From an uncultured bacterium (GTDB lineage: Bacteria; Omnitrophota; Gorgyraeia; Kaelpiales; Kaelpiaceae), in NCBI GenBank assembly GCA_965541635.1, contig CBEUCN010000001.1, positions 13,526-77,525 on the forward strand: a DNA stretch of 64,000 nucleotides, written 5' to 3'. The translations under genes were made by a program, and so were the position numbers. Below are positions 11,935-20,044 of the stretch, piece after piece (within the stretch, counting starts at the first letter, position 1; the number at the start of each line of letters is the position of its first letter). The notes under the pieces are model-generated. The model saw only the letters and a list, made by a program, of their open reading frames with translations. It was not told the origin of the DNA and ran no database searches.

Positions 11935-12475
11935 CTGTCATCTCCAGCAACACCACTTCATCTTCGCCATCTATTTCTTTCACCCTTACTTCCACAAATT
12001 CATCAAGAGAGGTGGGAATATTCTTCCCCACATAATCTGCTCGTATAGGTAATTCCCTATGTCCCCTATCTATAAGAACCGCCAATTGAATTGCCCTCGG
12101 CCTTCCAAAATCTATCAATTCATCTAAAGCACACCTTACAGTCCTGCCAGTAAACAGAACATCATCTACAAGTATGATATTTTTTTCGTTAAGATCAAAG
12201 TTAAGCTCCGTACCCTTTACCTGAGGTTGTTCTGCAATGAGTGTGAGATCATCACGATAAAGCGTTATATCTAAAACTCCAAATGGGAGTTCTATTCCTT
12301 CTATTTCCTTTATATTATTACGAATACGAGAAGCGAGATAAACGCCCCTGGTTCTAATGCCTACAATTGCCAGTTCATTTAAATTCTTATTCCTTTCTAT
12401 AATCTCATGACTCAGCCTTCGCAAAGTGCGATGCATCTGATTGGCATCCAAAAGCTTAGCCTTTTCCCTTACCAT
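11912..12475 (-). CDS. pyrR: bifunctional pyrimidine operon regulator / uracil phosphoribosyltransferase PyrR
   Basis: N-terminus [26 protein letters not shown] aligns with B. subtilis PyrR; PRTase motif [13 protein letters not shown]. Confidence 0.9.
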   Translation of the reverse strand: MVREKAKLLDANQMHRTLRRLSHEIIERNKNLNELAIVGIRTRGVYLASRIRNNIKEIEGIELPFGVLDITLYRDDLTLIAEQPQVKGTELNFDLNEKNIILVDDVLFTGRTVRCALDELIDFGRPRAIQLAVLIDRGHRELPIRADYVGKNIPTSLDEFVEVRVKEIDGEDEVVLLEMTDARKSSG

Positions 12476-12506
12476 ATTAAAAAATAAGCCCGTTTTTATT
12501 CGGGCT
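12476..12506 (-). terminator. intrinsic terminator / attenuator hairpin in the pyrR leader
   Basis: The minus strand reads GAAGCCCG-AATAAAAA-CGGGCTT followed by ATTTTTTAAT, then the pyrR ATG immediately after. Confidence 0.6.
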
Positions 12507-12540
12507 TCTCCAGGCCTGTTTTAATTTCACTTTAATTTCT

Positions 12541-12574
12541 ACCTCCCTTGCCAGCCTCACCGGACTGGCTTAAA
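12541..12574 (-). promoter_or_regulatory. PyrR-binding loop (anti-antiterminator) in the leader RNA
   Basis: The minus strand reads UUUAAGCCAGUCCGGUGAGGCUGGCAAGGGAGG. This matches the Bacillus PyrR binding-loop consensus (..UCC.G.GAGGCU.GCAAG..). It forms a hairpin GCCAG/CUGGC. Confidence 0.6.
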
Positions 12575-12584
12575 GGTTTTTGAA

Positions 12585-12612
12585 TTTATACCACGCCCTC
12601 CTCCTTATGTCA
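12585..12612 (-). promoter_or_regulatory. sigma70-type promoter of the pyr operon
   Basis: The minus strand reads TTGACA-17 nt-TATAAA. It lies about 30 nt upstream of the PyrR-binding loop and about 110 nt upstream of the pyrR ATG. Confidence 0.5.
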
Positions 12613-12737
12613 AATAATTTTTCTTAAAAGAAGAACAGTAAAGGCACATGGTATACTTTTAATATGGAGTAGTAAAATTATCTTGCTTTAGTAAAGTAAT
12701 GAAAAAATAAAAGCCTTTGATAAAAATAAACACTGAC

Positions 12738-13580
12738 TTAATAGGTCTTGCTTTTCTTGTATTTTTGCAAAATGAAGTTTTCTTTATCCCGATACATTCT
12801 ATTTCTATTCTCCAGTTCCTCCCAATTCACTTCCTCTCCCGGGAATTCGGGACCCTCTATACAGGTAAATTTTGTCTCTCCCTTTACAGTTACTCTGCAG
12901 CAACCACACATTCCGGTCCCATCCACCATAAGAGCATTTAAGGAAACTATAATTTTGACTCCAAATATCTTACACAATTCCGTAACTTTTCTCATCATAG
13001 GAATAGGACCCACAGCATATACCAGATTATAACAATTTTTTCCAGCAAGTAATTCCTGAAGGATATCAGTAACCAATCCCTTTCTCCCATAAGAACCATC
13101 ATCAGTAACCACATACAGTTCATCTGATATCTCTCTTAACTCTTCCTCCAGAATTAAGAGTTCTTTAGTTCTTGTTCCTAAAATTGTTGTAATATGGTTA
13201 TTCACTGTTTTAAAACTGTTTGCCACTGGATATATTTCAGCAATTCCCACTCCTCCTCCTATCATAATCACATTGCCATAATATTTAATTTCAGTAGGAT
13301 TACCCAGAGGCCCTGCTACAGCAAACAGACTCTCCCCCACGTCTTTCTTTCCTAAAAGACGTGTGGTCAATCCTATTTCCTGAAAAATAACAGTTATGGT
13401 TCCTTTCTCAATTGATTTATCTACAACAGTCAAAGGAATTCTTTCTCCCTTTTCCTCCGCCATAATAATCACAAACTGTCCTGGTAAGACAGTGCGAGCT
13501 ATATCAGGAGCAAAAATTTCCATGCGAGTTATCTCTCTATCCTTAACAGTCACCAGCTTTTGCTTATTTAATATTTTCAT
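12738..13580 (-). CDS. NfnA/SudB/PyrK-family FAD-NAD(P)-binding oxidoreductase subunit with a 2Fe-2S site
   Basis: PGQFVIIMAEEKGERIPLTVVD...GTITVIFQEIG closely resembles the NfnA small subunit; C-terminal CGCCRV...C cluster. No GltD-like partner is adjacent. Confidence 0.6.
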   Translation of the reverse strand: MKILNKQKLVTVKDREITRMEIFAPDIARTVLPGQFVIIMAEEKGERIPLTVVDKSIEKGTITVIFQEIGLTTRLLGKKDVGESLFAVAGPLGNPTEIKYYGNVIMIGGGVGIAEIYPVANSFKTVNNHITTILGTRTKELLILEEELREISDELYVVTDDGSYGRKGLVTDILQELLAGKNCYNLVYAVGPIPMMRKVTELCKIFGVKIIVSLNALMVDGTGMCGCCRVTVKGETKFTCIEGPEFPGEEVNWEELENRNRMYRDKENFILQKYKKSKTY

Positions 13581-13631
13581 AAGTTGAAATTATAAATTAA
13601 AACCTTAGTCTCTACTAGTTTTTAAAATTTC

Positions 13632-16466
13632 TCATTTGCACAGATAAAAATAGGAGCAGTTCCTACATATGCGAGGGTCAGAATCATCAGGAACGAAAGG
13701 GACAGCAGGATTTAAAATTTCTGAAATTATAAACTCCAGAGCCTTCAGACATATGTTTATAACATCTTGCTCACTTCCCATGTCTTCTTTTTTAAACAAT
13801 TGAGTAAATTCGATATTTCTTAAACTGTAAAGAGCAGCATTTATCCTGCAGTCAGGGAATCTCTTTTTGACAAAATAATAATATAACGGCAATTGAAATG
13901 AATGTATCCTTTTCTTTATCTGTTCTCGAGTCATCTCCATTTCCTGAAGTTTACTCAACCTCTGAGGGGCAGATATAGAACCACCGGTTTTGTAATCTAT
14001 AATTAAAAGACTACCATCCTGAAGTTCTTCCAGTCTGTCTATCTTGCATATGAAATCAAAACTGCCTATTTCAAATTTTATCTTTCCTCCTATACTATCA
14101 TCTTCCAGGGAAATTATTCTTTTAATATCTTCACTTCTTCTGTGCTCGTTGTCCAAAAATCGTTGCAGGCGATGTTCCATTATATACTTTACCAGAAATG
14201 CTTCTGCCCCCATTCTCCGCTGATATTCGTGTTCAAAACGAGATTCAAACTCTTTAAAAAACTTCTCTTTAAATTTCTTGGTAATCTTTGGCCTTGTACC
14301 TATAAACTCTGCAAAACTGTCTTCCAAGAGTTTATGTAAAAACTTCCCGATATCAACAGCCTGAGGCTCTTCCAGAAGGTTCTCATTTTCTTTCACCTTT
14401 AATAGATACTGGTAATAGAACTGTAAAGGACAATTAAGATATATATCCAGACTGCTGGGAGAAAAAGTAAATTTACGTAGTCCCTGAATAATAAATTCTG
14501 ATTTTTCAATTTCAGCCTTCTTTTCTCGAACTTCAACCTGGTATCCGGCTCGCAGTTGAGTAACTACATTTAATTTTTTCTGTAGTCTTTCCTCCTCCCA
14601 TATTATTTCCTCAATAAATCTACTCCTTTCTTTATCAGGACGATCATCGTATATCAGATATACGGAACAGGCAGATTTAATTAGCCGACGGAAGTGATAG
14701 CGTTGAATCTCTTCCTCAACTTCCAGCCGATTCAATCCCAATTCCAACATAATCTGGCGGGGTATCAATGGTTCATACACTCTTAATTTAGGTAGAACTG
14801 TCTCATTGACATCTATTATTATTACATTTTTGAAACTCAATGCCCGGGTTTCATAAAGCCCAAGTATCTGCAATCCTTTGAGAGGAGAACCGAGAAAAGA
14901 AATCATCTCATTTTCCAGTTTATCTATAAAAATTTTAAATAACTCATCCTGAGGAAAAATTTCTTTTTTAAAATCCATTGTTTCCAGTTCATTTTTTATC
15001 TCATAAATTTTTTCTATTACCCGCGTATCGAGAGGAGATTTATAAATCAAACTTCTCTCCAAAAGAATCCTTAAAAACTCATCCAGAACCAATGCCAGTT
15101 GTTCAAAATTGGTCAACCCTTCCCAGATTCTAAATACTACCCGGTGTAATTCCTTAAGAACTTCTTCTAGTCTTTCGGGTTCAATTGTAATACCAATACG
15201 ATTTAATGTTGTTTGAACCCTGGGGTATAATGGTCTAAATTTTTCTATTTCATCCAGAGAAATAAATATACTTCCTGAGAAATCTGCTTCTTCTATTCCT
15301 AAAAGGGATTCTTCAATTTTATGAACTAAAACTCTGGCAACTGCCGGCTCATCATGAATCTTAAGATTTTTAATTAAGGGGTGGGTTATGACTTTAAGAT
15401 AATCACGGGCATAGTATTTTTCTCCATTCTTAGTCATTTGTGTTTTGAATATCGTCTCTATTAGTCTGGAAATGGTGCTTCTATTTACCGGATAGCCCAG
15501 AGAAACATTAAAATCTGTAAGAATCGGAGAAAGTTCCGAAAGCAAAGGCAATAAAGATTGTGCCTGAGGGAGAACTATTACTGTTTCATTGAAATTAAGT
15601 TTGTCTCTCTTTATAACTTCTCTAACCAGACCTGCTTGGGAATGAATATCAAATCCTCGCAGAATAGAGATCCGGGGCTTATTTTTTGGTTTGGGACTGG
15701 AAGGAATTGAAAAAGATAACTCCTTCCCCAGTTTTTCCAAAACAGGCCAGAGTTCTTCATCTTTTTGAAACATCAATACTGCCTTTTCTCTTTGCACGAG
15801 AGTTTTAAAAATATCAAGTTCAGTTTTATGAAGGTAATAAAATCCACAAAAGATGATGTTATCAAATTCTGAAAATTCCAATTCTGAAATCAATTGTGAT
15901 GCTTTAAGATGAACATATCCCGAGGAGAAAGATCTTTTATCTTCCATACGGTGATGAAATTCTTTTCGCAATGTTACAATAGATTCTAAAAGAACGTTGA
16001 TATCCTCAGGCACTTCATATCCAATTTCAGCACTCGCTTCTATCGTGGTTAGTGTACCATCATCCACTCTCTCTTTATCCAGTTCCTGAATGAACGACAA
16101 AATCTCTCTTGCCCAAGGTAAAAACTGATAGAATTTATCCCTTGTGATTAAGATATGAGGAATTTTCTCCTTACTTATTTGGTATAGCCAGTAGCAGAGT
16201 TCAAGGTCCGTGGCTATACTAAAAGATTCTTTCTTTGATACCAGATAATTAACGAATTCTTCTATAGAAAAACATTGGGGAGGATAAAAACTGGTTTTTA
16301 TCTTTTCAGCCAGTTTTTTCTTCAAGAAAAGAGCAGGTCTTTTGCCTCCAAAAACTACCGCCACCCTGCTGAAGTCATTAGAAGATTTTTCATACTTTTG
16401 CAATATATAATCTGCTAATGCCTGAATCATATCGTGATCAAAATTATAGACAATTACTCTATCCAT
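13632..16466 (-). CDS. addB: PD-(D/E)xK nuclease, AddB-like helicase-nuclease subunit
   Basis: The 944-aa ORF has a C-terminal RecB-family nuclease motif IIDYKTG and a Cys cluster (C..C...CRNCSYFYLC, iron-staple type). The N-terminal Walker A is degenerate. It lies directly downstream of the UvrD-like partner, with an 8-nt overlap. Confidence 0.7.
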   Translation of the reverse strand: MDRVIVYNFDHDMIQALADYILQKYEKSSNDFSRVAVVFGGKRPALFLKKKLAEKIKTSFYPPQCFSIEEFVNYLVSKKESFSIATDLELCYWLYQISKEKIPHILITRDKFYQFLPWAREILSFIQELDKERVDDGTLTTIEASAEIGYEVPEDINVLLESIVTLRKEFHHRMEDKRSFSSGYVHLKASQLISELEFSEFDNIIFCGFYYLHKTELDIFKTLVQREKAVLMFQKDEELWPVLEKLGKELSFSIPSSPKPKNKPRISILRGFDIHSQAGLVREVIKRDKLNFNETVIVLPQAQSLLPLLSELSPILTDFNVSLGYPVNRSTISRLIETIFKTQMTKNGEKYYARDYLKVITHPLIKNLKIHDEPAVARVLVHKIEESLLGIEEADFSGSIFISLDEIEKFRPLYPRVQTTLNRIGITIEPERLEEVLKELHRVVFRIWEGLTNFEQLALVLDEFLRILLERSLIYKSPLDTRVIEKIYEIKNELETMDFKKEIFPQDELFKIFIDKLENEMISFLGSPLKGLQILGLYETRALSFKNVIIIDVNETVLPKLRVYEPLIPRQIMLELGLNRLEVEEEIQRYHFRRLIKSACSVYLIYDDRPDKERSRFIEEIIWEEERLQKKLNVVTQLRAGYQVEVREKKAEIEKSEFIIQGLRKFTFSPSSLDIYLNCPLQFYYQYLLKVKENENLLEEPQAVDIGKFLHKLLEDSFAEFIGTRPKITKKFKEKFFKEFESRFEHEYQRRMGAEAFLVKYIMEHRLQRFLDNEHRRSEDIKRIISLEDDSIGGKIKFEIGSFDFICKIDRLEELQDGSLLIIDYKTGGSISAPQRLSKLQEMEMTREQIKKRIHSFQLPLYYYFVKKRFPDCRINAALYSLRNIEFTQLFKKEDMGSEQDVINICLKALEFIISEILNPAVPFVPDDSDPRICRNCSYFYLCK

Positions 16467-19400
16467 CTATTTCTTCTACAATTTTAGTATCAAGATATAA
16501 AATATATCCCCTAACTTTGTAACCAGGATAAATTCCTTTTATAATATCCATATACTCCTTAACCTGATCTCTGTATTCTGGAAGTGGTATACCAGTTTTA
16601 TACTCCACCACCCAGACTTCATTATCTTTTATAATTAATCTATCTATCCTTTTAGTTAATCCCTGACTATCCACTATCTCCTTTTCCTGATAAACTCTAC
16701 CACCATCCAAATAAAAAAATCTTCTAAACGCATTATCATCAACAATTCTGTCTATTAATTGCTTATATTCATTTAGTTGAGAAATATGCCGATACTGAAA
16801 TTTAAGTTGATTACAGGCAATTTCTAAAACTTGAGATTTCTCCTGAACCGAAAGATCAGAAATAAATGAAAGGATAAAATGTAAAATATTACCACGTTCG
16901 ATTTCTTGCCGAGATTTCAAGATATCTCTGGGAACAGATTCATCTTCCAAAAATTCAAACCAGTTCTTGTACTCACAGGGAGATATAAATATAACTTCAT
17001 CTGCTTTTTTCTTCTTACGAGAATAAATCCTTTTATTTCCTCTTTCCCAGTATTCCGGAGGAATGAGGTCAACCGCTATATTTTTCTTTCTTTTCCCACA
17101 GGGCAAAAATGCATAAAGTTCATACTGTGCTCGGGTAAATGCTACATATATAATATTGAGTTCATCAATGATACTCTGTTTATATTCCTCTTTATATATC
17201 TCTCTTATTTCAGGAGATAGAACAACATATTTCTTATCCAAGCGCAAGAGTCTGAGTTTGTCTTCGGATGGAGATACTACATAAGAAAAACTTCTTATAT
17301 CATTGCTTCTACCTGGTTTTATATCTAAATCTAAAAATGGAATTATAACCACAGGAAACTCCAATCCTTTTGCTTTGTGAATGGTAGTAACCCGGATAGC
17401 ATCGGATTCCGAAAATTTAAGATAAAAGACCTCCTCTTCTGTGGTCTCATAGAATTCCAGAAATTCCTCCAGGCTGGAATATTCTTCCTCTTTCTCCTTT
17501 AACAATTCCAGAAGATGCATCACAAATCCCTGATAATAAGGAAAGTTTTGCAATATTTTAAATTTATCAATGATACTTAATACCAGTTCATAAGTATCCA
17601 GAAATCCCACTGATTTAAAAAATTCTTCCAGATATTTACTCCATACTTCAGGATATTTAATACGGAAAGTACGATAAACATATTCACTACTTTTTTCTTC
17701 CAAGCCAGAACCGAATTCCAGTAAAAATTTTTCCAATTGTTTCCTATCCATTCCCGTGGCCTTTAAAAATATCCTTCCAGTTATGAATGTAACAAATGAA
17801 AGATTATCTATGGGAGATTTGAGGAATTTAAGGAAGGAGATTAATTCTTTAATGACAGGATTATTTTTTATATTTAAAGTTTTTTCTGACTGTACTGAAA
17901 ACCCGTCTTCCAGAAGCCAGTTACTTACATTCTCTACTTCATCATTTGACCGGCAAAGAATAGCAATATCGCTAAGAGTAAATTCTCTGGTGGTAGTATC
18001 GGAAATTATTTCAATAAGATGAGACCTTATTTTCTGTTCTCGTTCCTCTTTATCCTCTCCCTCAATTTTTATAATTTTTACATATCCATATTTATTTTCA
18101 GGCTTATATTCCTGACAGGCAGTACTGAAAACATCCAAAATTTCCTGATAATCATAATATGAAAAATTACCAGAAAGACTATTATCTCCAAATTTCTGAA
18201 CTAAAAATCGTTCTAAATTTTCTCGAGAGAATATAGTGTTGTTGAATTTTACTATTTCCTGCTGACTGCGATAATTTACTGTAAGTTGTTCTTCCTTGAC
18301 ATTAAAATCTTTTAAAATTTTCTTAAGGTGATCAAATAATTTCACCTCTCCACCCCGCCAGCGATATATTGCCTGTTTCTTATCTCCAACATAAAATAAA
18401 GTGCCTCCAGAAGAAAGGGCTTCTTCAATCATTAAAAATAGATTTTCCCATTGCAAACCACTGGTATCCTGAAACTCATCTATCAAAAAATGTCGGAAGC
18501 GAGTGGCAAGACGATAGTAAATCTCCGGCACCGAGAATTCTTTTCCAAATAGAGTATTTGCTTTGCGGTTTAACTCCTGTAAAAACATCAATTCCTCTTT
18601 TTGAGCCCGGGCTTCAAATATTTGATATACAAGTTGAAATATATCAATGTAGCAATTAAAAACTGCCTGAGCCTCGGCTGCTGCCATCTTGCTTATTTTA
18701 TTTCTCAATTCCTGCCAGTCCTTTTCCAACTGGGGTGAAACCATAACTGCTCTTTTTACAGGAGGATATTCATAAACAAATGTTTTCTTCCTAGAATTTT
18801 TACCAGTCATGGTGGCAAAATCAAAAACCTCTTCTTCCTGTTCACAGAAATTAGCCAGAGAGTTAGTGAATGTCCCGTTTAATAGTGAGGCATATTTATT
18901 GTAAAATTGAGTAACTAATTTTTTTATCTCTCTTTTGCCCTCCAGAATATAATGAGCATCATATTCAAATTTTCTGAACCCCTTACTGTAGATGTTTATT
19001 TGATAAAACAGTGAATTTAAAAGATTTAAAATATCTCTCTTGGGGAACCAGTTTTCTTTATTCTCTATGTAAACATACTGCCGGAGAAAATCGTAAAAAA
19101 TCTCTCTTATCTTCTGATCTTTGTCTGCCCTATCAATACATTCATCCAGACTGTAAATAAGCAATTGCCTAAAACTTTCCTGAAGTTTAAAATTTGCGGG
19201 CAGTCCTAATCGAAAAGCACATCCTGAAAGAAGAAGATATACAAAACTATCTATGGTCTGAATCTGAAAGAAATTATAATTATGAATTATATAATCAACT
19301 ATCTGGAGAGCAAACCTGCGGGCTTGGATTGTATCCAGTTCAATTTTAGATAAAATCTGTTCCCGTTCATTTTCATTCTGAAACGAATCTAAGGCTATTT

Positions 19401-19614
19401 TCTTTAAAAATTCCAGAATTCGTTCCTTCATTTCTCGGGCTGCCATGTTGGTAAAAGTTATAGCCAAAATAGTTTTTATTACCTCAGGGTGAGAGTCCTT
19501 CTGGAATAATAATTGAACATAACGATGAGCAAGTGCATAGGTCTTACCAGAACCAGCAGAGGCATCTACTATTCTAACCTCAGGAGATGAAATTAGAGAT
19601 TTAGTTTCGGTCAT
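16459..19614 (-). CDS. addA: UvrD/Rep-family helicase with C-terminal RecB-type nuclease, AddA-like
   Basis: Walker A DASAGSGKTYAL at the N-terminus and a C-terminal nuclease VVEYKTG; 1051 aa. Confidence 0.75.
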   Translation of the reverse strand: MTETKSLISSPEVRIVDASAGSGKTYALAHRYVQLLFQKDSHPEVIKTILAITFTNMAAREMKERILEFLKKIALDSFQNENEREQILSKIELDTIQARRFALQIVDYIIHNYNFFQIQTIDSFVYLLLSGCAFRLGLPANFKLQESFRQLLIYSLDECIDRADKDQKIREIFYDFLRQYVYIENKENWFPKRDILNLLNSLFYQINIYSKGFRKFEYDAHYILEGKREIKKLVTQFYNKYASLLNGTFTNSLANFCEQEEEVFDFATMTGKNSRKKTFVYEYPPVKRAVMVSPQLEKDWQELRNKISKMAAAEAQAVFNCYIDIFQLVYQIFEARAQKEELMFLQELNRKANTLFGKEFSVPEIYYRLATRFRHFLIDEFQDTSGLQWENLFLMIEEALSSGGTLFYVGDKKQAIYRWRGGEVKLFDHLKKILKDFNVKEEQLTVNYRSQQEIVKFNNTIFSRENLERFLVQKFGDNSLSGNFSYYDYQEILDVFSTACQEYKPENKYGYVKIIKIEGEDKEEREQKIRSHLIEIISDTTTREFTLSDIAILCRSNDEVENVSNWLLEDGFSVQSEKTLNIKNNPVIKELISFLKFLKSPIDNLSFVTFITGRIFLKATGMDRKQLEKFLLEFGSGLEEKSSEYVYRTFRIKYPEVWSKYLEEFFKSVGFLDTYELVLSIIDKFKILQNFPYYQGFVMHLLELLKEKEEEYSSLEEFLEFYETTEEEVFYLKFSESDAIRVTTIHKAKGLEFPVVIIPFLDLDIKPGRSNDIRSFSYVVSPSEDKLRLLRLDKKYVVLSPEIREIYKEEYKQSIIDELNIIYVAFTRAQYELYAFLPCGKRKKNIAVDLIPPEYWERGNKRIYSRKKKKADEVIFISPCEYKNWFEFLEDESVPRDILKSRQEIERGNILHFILSFISDLSVQEKSQVLEIACNQLKFQYRHISQLNEYKQLIDRIVDDNAFRRFFYLDGGRVYQEKEIVDSQGLTKRIDRLIIKDNEVWVVEYKTGIPLPEYRDQVKEYMDIIKGIYPGYKVRGYILYLDTKIVEEIDG

Positions 19615-19626
19615 CTTTAAAAGGAA

Positions 19627-19698
19627 CCCACTAACAAACTAACCAACTAGTCAACTACCCAACTAACAAACCAACCAACTAGCAAACTAACCAATTAT
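19627..19698. repeat. 16-bp periodic tandem repeat (about 4.5 units) directly upstream of the addA start
   Basis: The plus strand reads CAAACTAACCAACTAG / TCAACTACCCAACTAA / CAAACCAACCAACTAG / CAAACTAACCAATTAT at an exact 16-nt period. It fills the 72-nt gap between the DUF1805-like stop and the addA ATG and extends into the last codons of the upstream ORF. Confidence 0.75.
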
Positions 19699-19977
19699 CT
19701 CAATAACTTCGGTAATTGGCTGTCCTTTATAAATTCCAAGTCTGTGTGCATTCTTACTACAGGACTCCACATTTCCTTTCAATGCCTGAGATATTGTATT
19801 AACTCCACTAATCCTTACCGCCACCTCCCCCAATTTTTCAGCAGTATCCATATCCAGATATCCACACATTATATATCCTTTGCTTCCCTTTATTACAATT
19901 AAATTTCTGGAGAAAAGTTTAAGTTGAAATGCTTCCACTTGCTTTTTGCCAATCTTCAATTTACGATAAACAAACAT
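19687..19977 (-). CDS. small conserved protein, possibly DUF1805 (YunC-like)
   Basis: 96 aa; the IVIKGSKGYIMCGYLDMD...AVRISGVNT pattern is recalled as DUF1805-like. Low certainty. Confidence 0.35.
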   Translation of the reverse strand: MFVYRKLKIGKKQVEAFQLKLFSRNLIVIKGSKGYIMCGYLDMDTAEKLGEVAVRISGVNTISQALKGNVESCSKNAHRLGIYKGQPITEVIEIIG

Positions 19978-20044
19978 TTTTAAAGTTATTTTACTTTAAA
20001 ACTTAAGGATTATAAACAAAAATACCAGTTTTCTATAAATAGAA

